64,000 nucleotides of DNA from Mobula hypostoma (taxonomy: Eukaryota), in the NCBI RefSeq assembly GCF_963921235.1, contig NC_086097.1, forward strand, positions 165,666,001 to 165,730,000. Reading direction: 5' to 3'. The notes beneath the pieces are model-generated. The model searched no databases, was not told the DNA's origin, and worked only from the letters and a program-made list of their open reading frames with translations. The position numbers were made by a program, and so were the translations under genes. Each line of letters opens with the position of its first letter. The first letter of the stretch is position 1. Positions 13,245 through 24,999 of the stretch are shown one piece after another.

Positions 13245-13422
13245 CACACATAAAAGTTGCTGGTGAACACAGCAGGCCAGGCAGCATCTGTAGGAAGAGG
13301 TACAGTCGACGTTTCGGGCTGAGACCCTTCGTCAGGACTAACTGAAAGAAGAGCTAGTAAGAGATTTGAAAGTGGGAGGGGGAGATCCGAAATGATAGGA
13401 GAAGACAGGAGATGGGAGAAGA
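13245..13422 (-). mobile_element. Penelope-like element 3' end, 5'-truncated
   Basis: pLTR near-identical to those attached to GIY-YIG fragments at 21.5k and 42k. 14-bp TSD TTAGAGAAA(A/G)TGAA at 13231-13244 and 13423-13436. Confidence 0.85.
13304..13339 (-). ncRNA. Minimal type I hammerhead ribozyme (PLE-associated)
   Basis: Minus strand reads AGTC-CTGACGA-A-GGG-TCTCAG-CCC-GAAA-C-GTC-GACT: stem I AGUC/GACU, stem II GGG/CCC, palindromic ACGU in place of stem III. Confidence 0.8.
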
Positions 13423-13669
13423 TTAGAGAAAGTGAAATGCTTTAAGTCATTGGAAATGTGGCCATATCATTGCAGACTCCCACAAATTATATAAAGGTCA
13501 AAGAGTTTATTTTAATTACATTGGTTGATGGAAACCCAGTGTTCAAGTTTACTGTTGTAGACATACACAGGGTTTAAATGCCATAAAAATAAGATCTTTG
13601 CAGAAACTCAGTCCATTTCAAGGTGAGGGTAAACATTAAGTTAACATAACCTTAAATGAACATAACAAG

Positions 13670-13925
13670 GGGCATCACAGTAGTTTAGCCGTTAGCATTG
13701 CAGCTCAGGGCTTCTGCAAGGAGTTTGTATGTTCTCATCATGAATGTGTGGGTTTTCTCCAGATGCTCTGGTTTCTTCTCACAATTCACAGACTTGCCAG
13801 TTAGTAGGTTAATTGATCATTATAAATTTTCCTGTGATTAGGCTGGGGTTAAATAGGTGAATTGCTGGGCAGAGCAGCTCATTGGGCCAGAAGAGCCTGT
13901 TCTGTGCTGTATCTCTAAATAAAAA
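13670..13925 (+). mobile_element. V-SINE-like (HE1-type) SINE
   Basis: Core GGAGTTTGTATGTTCTC..GTGTGGGTTTTCTCC..TGCTCTGGTTTC..AGGTTAATTG and a LINE-like tail. Related copies at ~10390-10700 (-), 38040-38395 (+), 45020-45330 (-). Confidence 0.65.
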
Positions 13926-15019
13926 TATACAAGGTATGCATATCTTTCACATGCAAAATGTTAGCCAGCATGCCAGGATGAAATGTTCTGCTGTTCTTTG
14001 GAAAAAGGTGTTATGGAATTATGCTAAGCCCATCTGATAAAGCTGGAATACCTGAAAGATGACAGCTTTGGTGCAGCTTTCCCTCAGTTTTGTGCTGAAT
14101 TGTCCCGCCTTGGAATGGAGATGCAAACTTACAAGATTGCTATTGGCTGAGACAAAGCAATCATATACATGTCAAATTTGTCTAAAACAATTAACTTTTT
14201 TCTTATCTGGGAGGAAGACCTCTTCACTGTAGAAACAGTATTGATTGTTATTGCTTTCTGTGAAAAGGGATTGGAGTCATCAAAAAATGCCATGCCTCCT
14301 TACTTACACTGTCCCTAATCTTATCTCAGTTCTGTTTTCACTGTCTTATGAGGCGAAATTTGTTTTATGGCAGCAATGCGGTGCAAAGACATTAAAAATT
14401 ACTATAAACTACAAATAATAAATGGTGCAAAAAAAAAGGGAATATTGAGATAATTTTCCTGGACCATTCAGAAATCTGATGGTGGAGGGGAAGTGCTGTT
14501 CCTGAATCATTGAATGTGGGTCTTCAGGCTCCTGTACCTCCTCCCTGATGGTAGTAACAAGAAGAGGGCATGTCTTGACTGATGAGCTTCCTTAGTGAAG
14601 GATGCCACTACCTGACAGCTTTAGAGTTAAATTTATTACACTTCATCAATGGGGATTATTCCTTTTGGTTATATGGAAGTAATAAAAAATTAATTATCTC
14701 TTCAGAAAATTGTGAACATGATGGAGTAATCTAATGTCTGTCAGGACACATTTCCTTCCAACTTTGATCCCATTTAGCTCAGCTTTAATCTTCCATGATA
14801 CAGTAAGCAATGTTGGGCCCATAGCATCTCCTTCACTGACCCACACCCATTCACCTTTGCACACTTGTATATCTCAGAATAAGGTTTATTATCACCATCA
14901 TGTGTCGTGAAATTTGTTAACTTAGCAGCAGCCGCACAATGCAATATATGATAAAATAGAAATGTACGCCCTCTCGTCTCCATCGGAGATTCTACCAACA
15001 GTGGTTGTATCATCAGCAC

Positions 15020-16560
15020 AGTCATGGGTGTAGAGGGAGAGAGTAGAGCAGTGGGCTAAGCACCCCTTTCCGGGGTGTTGATCGTCAGCGAGGAGGAGAT
15101 ATTATCACCAATCTGCACAGTTTGGTCTTCTAGTTAAGTCGAGGATCAAATTGCAGAGCGAGGTACAGTGGCCCAAGTTTGATGGCTTTTTGATCAGGGC
15201 TGTGAGAATGGTGGTGTTAAATGCTGAGCTATAGTCAACGAACAGCATCCTGACACGGGTGTTTTTATTGTCCAGGTGATCTAAGACCTCGTGAAAAGAC
15301 TTTGAAATTGTGTCTTTTGTAGACCTGTTGTGGCACTAGGCAAATTGCGGTGGGTCTACGTCCTCGATGAGGCAGGAGTTCATTCTAACTATGACTAACC
15401 TCTCAAAGCATTTCATCACTGTAGATGTGAGTGCTGCTGGATGATAGTCATTAAGGCAGCTCACCAACTCTTCTTGGGCACTTGCTGCCTTTTGGAAGTA
15501 AGTGGGAACTTCCAACCATAGGAGTGAGAGGTTGACAATGTCTGAATACTATTGCCAGTTGGTTGGCACAAGTTTTCAGAGCCTTACCAGATATTTAATT
15601 GGGGCCTGCCACCTTGCCAAGCTTCACCCCCATTAAAGACAGCCTGATATCGGCCTCTGAGACGGAGATCACCGGGTGCCGCAGGGATCTTCACAGCTGT
15701 AGTTATATTCTCCCCTTCAAAGCAGGCATAGAAGACATTGAGTTCATCTAGTAGTGAAGCATCACTGCGATTCATGCTATTGGTTTTCACTGTGTAGGAA
15801 GTAATGGCCTGCAAAACTTGCCAGAGTAGATGTGCATCTGATGTCGACTCCAACCTTGCTTGAAATTGTTTCTTCACTCTTGAAAGAGCTCTCCGTAAGT
15901 CAAACATGGTTTTCTTGTATAGGCCTGGGTTACCAGACTTAGCTGCCACAGATCTAGCCCTCAGCAGAGGACGAACCTCCTAGTTCATCCACAGCTTTGA
16001 TTTGGGAATGTACAGCGAGTTTTCGTAGGTGTACACTTGTCCACACAGATTTTAATGAAGTCGGTAACAACTGCGGTGTACTTATCCAGATTCTAAGATG
16101 AATCCCTGAATATAGTCCAGTCCACTGATTCAAAGCAGTCTTGCAGGCACTTCTGTGCTTCCCTTGACTGTACCACCTTGGTTCTCACTACTGATTCTGC
16201 AGTCTTCAGTCATTGCCTATACTCAGGGAGTAGAAGTACAGACTTTTCGAAGTGTAGGCCTGGAAAAGCACTATAGTCATTCTTGAAGATGGTGTAACAG
16301 TGGTCCAGTGTGTTGTTTCCTCTGGTATTACAAGTGATTTGTTGATGGTAATTATTTAGTGACTTTTTCAAGCTGGCCTGGTTAAAATTCCTCCAAATGA
16401 TGGTGAAGGCATCAGGAGGTGCTGTTTCATGCATGTTGATTCCATTACTCAGATCATCTAGAGCCTGTTTGACATTGATCTGAGGTGGAATGTAGACCGC
16501 CACCAAAATGATCGCAGAAATCTCCCGTGGCAGGTAAAATGGACAGCACTTAATTTGGGC
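15020..16560 (-). mobile_element. Degenerate Rex1/Babar-type LINE (endonuclease-RT fragments)
   Basis: VAVYIPPQ, NFNQASL, TRGNNTLDHCY and LWQ.LQAITSY motifs in ORFs 16210-16506 and 15584-15949; multiple frameshifts. Confidence 0.75.
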
Positions 16561-17041
16561 ATTTGTGTCTTTCAGATTTATTTTCTAAAAGACAGAAAAT
16601 GCTGCATTTTTATGCCCATGTCTTTGTGCTGGACTTGAACCTTCTGACATAGAGATTGTTAATACACTGTGTTTCAAGTATAGAGAGGAGGAAGTAAGGA
16701 GAAAATATTTGTAATAATTGTTTTATTACTTTCATACATATCAAAGTACAGTGGAAACATTTTGCTTTGCATGCCATCCATACAGATCATTTCATCATAC
16801 CAATACATCAACGTAAAAGCAATAACTAGATAGAAAGTAGTGTTGCAGTTACAGAAAAGGTGCAGTCCTGGCAAGATCTGTGGATTAAAAAAAAGCATAA
16901 ATATTTCAGTTCTGCTTCTCTTTAGCAGCTTGAAGCCCTATGCTTTGAGTCATGTGGTGTGTCAGCTTCCTAAATAATGTAACTATTTCATGGACCTTTA
17001 TTTTTAGACTACAAACTTCAGCATCCCAACATGTAAAAGTA

Positions 17042-18563
17042 CAGTGGACTCCAATTAATTGGACACATCAGGACCAGTACATTTTGGCCCGATTAAGTGG
17101 CTGCTCCAGTTAACTGACATTTCATGGAAATAGCTGAAAAGGTTAAAAAAAAAGTCAAACTAAAGCTGAGTAATAAATTATGTATTTAACTGAAATATAG
17201 AACAAATTAGAACATTACTAACGTTAATACAGAGCTATAAAATGGTGTATTAGTTTTAACGCAAACAACAGGAATTCTGCAGATGCTGGAAATTCAAGCA
17301 ACATACATCAAAGTTGCTGGTGAACGCAGCAGGCCAGGCAGCATCTCTAGGAAGAGGCGCAGTCAACGTTTCAGGCCGAGACCCTTCGTCAGGACTTGCA
17401 GCGAGAGGCCGAGTCAATAAAATATGAGTACCTGGGATCCTCAGAAGGTCCAAATTGAGAGGCTTGGAAACGAATCCTAAAGCCAACTGGAGTAAGTTGG
17501 CGACGGAGGCACGTTCCAAGAAAGGATATATGGCTGTGATAGCGAGATTGAGTCAAAGTATGGTCGAAAAGTTGAAGAGCCGAAGAAATTACAGATGGGG
17601 AGCAGTGAGAGATGGTTTCACTGAACTCCCGTCGAAGAGAGGATCTAAACTTCTTCGGTGTAGGCATCACCGGAAGAGGCTTCGCAGTAGTGAATTTAAA
17701 CGCAAACAACAGGAATTCTGCAGATGCTGGAAATTCAAGCAACATACATCAAAGTTGCTGGTGAACGCAGCAGGCCAGGCAGCATCTCTAGGAAGAGGCG
17801 CAGTCGACGTTTCAGGCCGAGACCCTTCGTCAGGACAAAGTCAATCCTGACGAAGGGTCTCGGCCTGAAACGTCGACTGCGCCTCTTCCTAGAGATGCTG
17901 CCTGGCCTGCTGCGTTCACCAGCAACTTTGATGTATGTTGCTATTAGTTTTAAATTGTTATTGATGGAGTTATCTATCCAGTGTACACTGTTGTGTTCTT
18001 TTGACTGTAAATGAACAAAATCAGTGTAGACATCTTGTGCAGATAACAGACAGCCTTCATACAATGCTTTGGATGATTCCATCCTACAAATCTTCTTTTT
18101 CATTATAACATTCAAGATGATTGTTGATACCTTCAAATTTTTTGTAGTCCCTGCATTGTTAAAATAGTGAAATCGTTCCATTTTCACTCTGGTCGTTTCT
18201 GGTATCTCCAAGCTTGAATGCTTGCAATCCCAGTAAGCAAGGCAATTATGAATTGTCTTAATGCTTATTTCTCACCAACTGTCCATGACAAAAATCACTG
18301 CTTTCTGAACACAAATACATTCAACTGATGCTATTTAAAAACTGTTTGCTTTAAACATGGTGTAGTGTCTTAATGGCCATGCAAGTGTGTGTGACTGATG
18401 CTACTTAAAAACTGTAGATCAACAATCTCCTGTCCCAATTAAGTGTCCCAAGTAAACTAAGATAACCCTAGCTGTTTTCTCAATTAGTTTTAGTTCTTTA
18501 AGAGTTGTCCCAAATAAGTGGCTGTCCCAATTAATCAATGGCCCAATTATCTGGAATCCACTG
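17042..18563. mobile_element. Tc1/mariner-pogo (Tigger-like) non-autonomous DNA transposon, interrupted by a PLE
   Basis: TA-CAGTGGACTCCAATTAATTGGAC ... GCCCAATTATCTGGAATCCACTG-TA: 19/23 TIR match and TA TSD. Partial left-end copy at ~20485-20660. Confidence 0.8.
17260..17941 (-). mobile_element. Composite Penelope-like insertion: two direct pLTRs around an ORF 5' segment, plus a third inverted pLTR
   Basis: 12-bp TSD TATTAGTTTTAA at 17248-17259 and 17942-17953. Hammerhead cores at 17361-17396 (-), 17802-17836 (-), 17845-17878 (+). Perfect 98-bp inverted repeat 17738-17835 / 17845-17942. Confidence 0.88.
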
Positions 18564-19249
18564 TACTTACAAATATATCTGTATGTCATTTGAATGCATA
18601 CTTGTTATGTCCCAAATCAGTTCAAAGCAGTTCAAGGATGTACAAGGTAAAACAAGGAGGAGAAGAAAAACCGCAGGAAGCTGGAAGTGATGCCATTACT
18701 GTGAATTACACATTGGCAAATGCAAGAAAAGCACAAATAAAATTTACAAAAAATGGGCAGAAATTAGCCACTATTTTCAAAGCATTGAAATCCCAAAACA
18801 GTGGGTGTTCCAAATATACGTTTCCTGCAAACTTGAAATCAGTATTATTGACATTTGTTTCTCAATCTTGTAGTTTCTGTCTTTGATAGTCGATCTGTGA
18901 TGATATTTTGAGTAATGGCAATGGCTTGCTAAAGTAGCAGATTTATTTTACCAGAGTTTTCACTTCCTATTTTATTTTCTTGTTTGAAAGTTAAAAGAAC
19001 CAAGTACGGAAACTTGGGAAATTACTTATTTCACAAAGTGAGATTTGATTTCAATTATGTCCCTATGTGTAGTTTGGTAATTTAACAGCTAAGACTATTG
19101 TAAAATATACACATGTGTATACATGAGGCATGATGAATTCAAGTAGTGTTTGTAGTTTATGCGTGGGCTCTTTATGGAGTTTTTCTGGAGCCTTCTACAA
19201 AACAGTTTAGAGAAAAGTCTAAGTGGTCGGGTCTCTGGCATTGAGTCCG

Positions 19250-20480
19250 CCTTTGTGACTCAGAAGTGGGTGGAGTTGGGGGAGAGAAGAGTGATGCTGT
19301 GGTGTTAGGGGAATGGACAGGAGGTTCTCTGGGCGAAAATAAGATACTCGGATGGTATGTTGCCTCCTGGGTGCCAGTTATGGAGCATCTCGGATCAAGA
19401 CCTCAGCACTGTTAAGTGGGAGAGTGCACAGCCAAAGGTTGTGGTCCATGTAAATCATGGACATGGGTAGGACGAGTGACAAGGTTCTGCATTGGGAGTT
19501 AGGTGTTAAGGTAAAGGCAGGATCTCCAGGGTTGTGATCTCAGGATTGCTACCTGTTCCACATGCTAGTGATGCCAGAACTAGGAATATTATAGAGTTTA
19601 ACACTTGGCTAAGGAGATGGTGTATGAGGGAGGGCATAAGATTTTTGAATCATTGGGCTCTCTTCTAGGGAAGGTGGGACCTGTACAGAAGGGACGGTTT
19701 GCACCTGAACTGGAAGGGGACTAATATCCTAGCGGGAAGATTTGTTAAGGCTGCATGGTGGGGTTTAAACTAGAGTAGCAGGGTGATGGGAACCAGTGCC
19801 AGAACAGACAGCGGAGTGGTTGTGCAGACAAATGTAGGTAAGACCTCAGACAAAGTCAGGAATCAAAAGGTTGAGCATAGTCCAACTGGTATCCTGATTT
19901 GCATATATTTCAATGCAAGAAGTCCCAACAAGAAAGCATGTGATACAGGATCTGCCACTAGGGAATGAGACAGGCCAGGTGACAGAAGTTTGTGTAGGGG
20001 AACACTTTGCATCTGATGATCACAATGCCATTAGTTTCAAAGTAAGTATGCAAAAATATTGATCTGGTACTCATTGAGATTTTAAATTGGAGAAAGGCCA
20101 ATTCTGATGGCATCAGAAATAACCTGGCAAGTGTGGATTGGGACAGGCTGTTTTCTGGCAAAGGTGTATTTTGTAAGTGGGAGACCTTTAAAAATGAAAT
20201 TTTGAGAGCACAAAGCTACTATGTGCCTGTCAGAATAAAAGGTAAAGATATCAAGTGTAGGGGGGCAGATGCGGAAATTGCTGGGGCCCTAGCAGAGATA
20301 TTTAAATCATCCTTAGCAACAGGGGAGGTACCAGAGGATTGGAGAATAGCCAATGTTGTTCTGTTTACAAAAGGCTATAAACATAAACCAGGAAATTATA
20401 GGCTGGTGAGTCTGACATCAGTTGTAGGAAAGTTTTTAGAAGGTATTCTAAAGAACCGGATATATAAGATTTGGATAGAC
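19250..20480 (+). mobile_element. Internally deleted CR1 LINE (ORF1 esterase and ORF2 fragments)
   Basis: DGLHLNWKGTNILAGR (SGNH esterase-type ORF1) near 19693; CIYFNARS; GEVPEDWRIANV..NYRLVSLTSVVGK. Confidence 0.8.
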
Positions 20481-20711
20481 AATTGCAGTTAATGGGGACA
20501 CATTGAGACCAGTGCATTTTGGCCCAATTAAGCATCTGCCCTAATTAACCAAAGTTTCATGGAAATAGTGAAAAGGGTATAAAAAAAGACAAACTACTAT
20601 TTAATTGAGTAACAAAGCATGTATTTAACTGAAATACAGAATAAATTAGAACACTATCAAAAGTGCTGAGAAAATTTACAAGGATGTTGCTGGATCTGGA
20701 GGATCTGATTT

Positions 20712-21521
20712 ATAAGACCATAAGACAAAGGAGCAGAAGTTGGCCATTTGGCCCATCGAGTCTGCTCCGCCATTTCATTACGAGCTGATCCAGTCTCCCA
20801 TTTAGTCCCACTCCCCCGCCTTTTCACCATAACCTTTGATGCCCTGGCTACTCAGATACCTATCAATCTCTGCCTTAAATACACCCAATGACTTGGCCTC
20901 CACTGCTGCCTGTGGCCACAAATTCCATAGATTCATCACCCTCTGGCTAAAAAAATTCCTTTGCATCTCTGTTCTGAATGGGCACCCTTCAATCCTTAAG
21001 TCATGCCGTCTTGTACTAGACTCTCATCATGGGAAACAACTTTGCCACATCCACTCTGTCCATGCCTTTCAACATTCAAAATGTTTCTATGAGGTCCCCC
21101 CTCATTCTTCTACTACTCCAAGGAGTACAGCTCAAGAGCGGACAAATGTTCCTCATACGTTAATCCTCTCATTCCTGGAATCATTCTAGTGAATCTTCTC
21201 TGTACCCTCTCCAATGTCAGCACATCCTTTCTTAAATAAGGAGCCCAAAACTGCCCACAGTACTCCAAGTGAGATCTCACCAGTGCCTTATAGAGCCTCA
21301 ACATCACATCCCTGCTCCTATACTCTATTCCTCTAGAAATGAATGCCAACATTGCATTCGCCTTCTTCACCACCGACTCAACCTGGAGGTTAACCTTAAG
21401 GGTATCCTGCACGAGGACTCCCAAGTCCTGTTGCATCTCAGAGCTTTGAATTTTCTCCCCATTTAAATAATAGTCTGCCCGTTTATTTCTTCTGCCAAAG
21501 TGCATAACCATACACTTTCCA
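20712..21521 (-). mobile_element. CR1 LINE 3' end nested in another CR1 fragment
   Basis: ORF 21113-21643 carries DLGVLV..KKANAMLAFISRGIEYRSRDVMLRLYKALVR; 8-bp tandem tail (TCTTATGG)n; TATAAGA repeated at 20711 and 21522. Confidence 0.85.
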
Positions 21522-21550
21522 TATAAGAAAAGATTGAATAGGTTAGGACT

Positions 21551-22208
21551 AGCAACACACATCAAAGTTGCTGGTGAACGCAGCAGGCCAGGCAGCATCT
21601 CTAGGGAGAGGTACAGTCGACGTTTCGGGCTGAGACCTTTCATCAGGACTAACTGAAGGAAGAACTAGTAAGAGATTTGAAAGTGGGAGAGGGAGGGGGA
21701 GATCCAAAATGATAGGAGAAGACAGGAGGGGGAGGGATGGAGCCAAGAGCTGGACAGTTGATTGGCAAAAGGGATATGAGAGGATCATGGGACAGGAGGC
21801 CTAAGGAGAAAGAAAAGGGGGAGGGGTGAAAAAAAACCCAAAGGATGGGCAAGGGGTATAGTCAGAAGAACAGAGGGAGAAAAAGGAGAGAGAGAAAGAA
21901 TGTGTGTATATAAATAAATAACAGATGGAGTACAAGGGGGAGGTGGGGCATTAGCGGAAGTTTGAGAAGTCGATGTTCATGCCATCAGGTTGGAGGCTAC
22001 CCAGACGGAATATAAGGTGTTGTTCCTCCAACCTGAGTGTGGCTTCATCTTTACAGTAGAGGAGGCCGTGGATAGACATGTCGGAATGGGAATGGGATGT
22101 GGAATTAAAATGTGTGGCCACTGGGAGATCCTGCTTTCTCTGGCGGACAGAGCGTAGGTGTTCAGCAAAATGATCTCCCAGTCTGTGTCGAGTCTGCGCT
22201 CTGTCCGC
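21551..22208 (-). mobile_element. Penelope-like element 3' end (GIY-YIG C-terminus, 3' UTR, pLTR with hammerhead at 21615-21650)
   Basis: RL.DHFAEH..PVATHFN..LRLEEQHLIFRLGSLQPDGMN; core CTGATGA..GAAACGTC on the minus strand. Confidence 0.88.
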
Positions 22209-22834
22209 TATCAATTGTGCAGTTTTTGTAGCTTAATTGATTAAATCGGAACCTGGTATCTTGGATACCTTGGCTTTAGTTCTTGATAGCTTGGCTTTAG
22301 ATGGAATAAATTATTATCACCAAACTGGTATGCTGTATATCTTGACTAGAAAAAGAAATCAGATGGGGAATACTTCAATTGTTGCTAATGACCTTGCAAT
22401 TCCCTTGAGGGTTGTTCATGTTATTTAGATGGTGACTTTGAAGTGGGTATGAAGTAAAATAGTCAAATTGCGGCTGACCTTCAGTTCAGTCTTGTGCACA
22501 TCAATAGGACATTAGCAATATTAATTGTATTTGAGTAAGTTAAAGACTGAAGGGCAGGGCTAAAACATCTACAGTAATACCACGCAACAAGAAAAAATTC
22601 TGTCTGCAATTGCAAACAAGATACTTTCCCAGTGTACTGACACACGATGAATTATGATGGGAACACTGTGTAGGTTGTAGCTTTACTCAAGCAGATATCT
22701 GTAATTGTCAGGGTTGAAAATATTCCTCCGGAAGATTTAATCAGGATGATATAATTGGGAAATTCTTGGAAAAACACCAAGGATTATGCCACCATATAAT
22801 TCTCAAATGGGATTGAATAGCCTACACTTTTTTT

Positions 22835-24075
22835 CAAAGTTCAAAGTAAATTTATTATCAAAATACATATACAGTATGTCATCATATACAACCCTGAGAT
22901 TCATTTTCTTATGGGCATATTCAGTAAAATCTGTAGAATAACAACTATAAGAGTATTAATGAAAGACCACACCGGTGTGCAAAAGAGAACAAACTGTGCA
23001 AGTACAAAAAGAAGAAAAATGCGATAAATATTGGGAACATGAGATAAAGAGTCCTTGAAAGTGAGTCCATTGGTTTTGGGAATATTTCAACGACGGGTTA
23101 AGTGAAGTTATCCCCTTTGGTTCAAAAGCCTGGTGGTTGAAGGTAATAATTGTTCCTGAGCCTGGTGGCGTGAGTCCTGGGGCTCCTGTACCCCCTTCCT
23201 GATGGCAGCAGTGAGAAGAGACCATGTCCTGAGTGGTGGGGCCCCTGATGATGGATGCTGCTTTCCTACAACAATGCTCCATGTAGATGTGCTCTGTGGC
23301 GGGGTGGGCTTTACCCTTGATGGATTAGGCCAGATTCATTACTTTTGGTAAGATTTTCCTTTCAAGGACATTGGTGATTTCTTACCAGTCAAGTCAAGTC
23401 AAGTTTATTTATATAGCACATTTAAAAACAGCCCACATTGACCAAAGTGCTGTACAGATCACAACAGGCTGTGATAAAGCCAGTCAATATACTCTCCATG
23501 ATACAGCTATAGAAATTTGTCAACATCTTAGATGTCATGCTGAACCTTTGCAAACTCTTGCACTTTCTTCATAATTGCACTTGCGTGCTATGCCCAGGAT
23601 GGGATCTCCAAAATAGTAACATGAAAGATTTTAAAGTTGCTGATCCTCTTCACTTCTGCTCCTCTGATGAGGACTGGCTCATGGATCTCTGTTTTCCTTT
23701 TCCTGAAGTCAATAATCGGCTCCTTGGTCTTGCTGACATTGAGTAAGAGGTTGTTGTGGCACCGCTCACTCAGTCAGACCCAGATTTTCAATCTCCCTCC
23801 AATATGCTGATTCATCACCTTCTTTGATTCGGCCTGTGACAGTGACGTCATCAGCAAACTTGAATATGGCATTGGAGTTGTGCTTGGCCATGCAGTCATA
23901 AGTGTAAAGCAAGTAGAGCAGGGGGCTAAGCACACAGCCTAGTGGTACACGTGTGTTGATGGAGATCGTGGAGGAGATGTTGTCAATCTTGTCAATCTGA
24001 ACTGACTGGGGTCTGCAAGTGAGGATATTGAGGATCCAACTGCACAAGAAGATATTGACGCCAAGGTCTTAGCTT
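22835..24075 (-). mobile_element. Rex1/Babar-type LINE 3' portion
   Basis: CSWILNILTCRPQSV, GCVLSPLLY, KFADD in ORF 23766-24047; (AAAGTTC)-type tail at the left end. Confidence 0.8.
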
Positions 24076-24601
24076 AAAGAGAAATTACACACTGCAGATT
24101 GCAGTGAGCATAATTTGAGAGAGGTATATTTAGAAGTTTTGTCCACAGAACATCACTGTGGTACTGAGATAAGTTTTGTTTAAATTAAGAATAGGCTTAG
24201 GATGGGATACATGCACTTCATTGTGCCTTGTCCAAAAATACAGAACTTTTAGATAGATGCCAATATATCTAATAAGGAATTCAGGCAAAAATTCTTGTTA
24301 GAGTGTGGAACTTGTTACCACACAGAGCAGTTGATACTTTAAAACTGAGCTATTTATGACAATCTGGATAAGTACATTCTGCAAGAGAGAGAATATGTCA
24401 ATGGAGTGAGTTATTCTGTGGGGAGACCTGTGTACACGGTGTCTCTGCCACCCACTTACGCTGATCCCAGAATCATACAGAATGATGTAACATTCTGTGT
24501 AAATTTTCCGTCATCTATAGATGGGTGTAGTTGAGATCTTACTGTTTTACAAAAGTACTGCAGGTTCTGGAAATATGAAATAAAAACATAAAACCTTTGC
24601 A

Positions 24602-24793
24602 ACACACTCTAAATGCTGGAGGAACTCAGCAGGCCAGGCAGCATCTGTGGGGGGAAAAAAGTACAGTCGACGTTTCAGGCTGAAATATAGATGGAATTTT
24701 TTTTCCATAGATGCTGCCTAGCCTGCTGAGTTCCTCCAGCATTTTGTGTGTATTGTTTGGATTTCAAGCGTCCGCAGATTTTCTCTTATTTGT
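24602..24793. mobile_element. Palindromic Penelope pLTR insertion
   Basis: Inverted pLTR arms; 15-bp TSD CATAAAACCTTTGCA at 24587-24601 and 24794-24808. Confidence 0.85.
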
Positions 24794-24999
24794 CATAAAA
24801 CCTTTGCAGATATTTAGCAGGTCAGGTTGCATCTAAAGTGAGAGAGGGACAGAAACAGATTTAAAGTTTCATCTTTATTGGGAAGAATAGCAATGAGCAG
24901 TCTTTATAATGCATAGGACAGCATGGGTGACATAAGGGAAGATTTATGACACATTGGACTCTGGTGAAATTAAAATGACAAAGGGGATGACGGTGTCAT

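Noticed and set aside
17258..17942. CRISPR-like or LTR-retrotransposon reading of the direct repeats
   Set aside because: Eukaryotic context, only two ~140-bp direct repeats, no TG..CA ends or PBS; the repeats match pLTRs attached to GIY-YIG ORFs.
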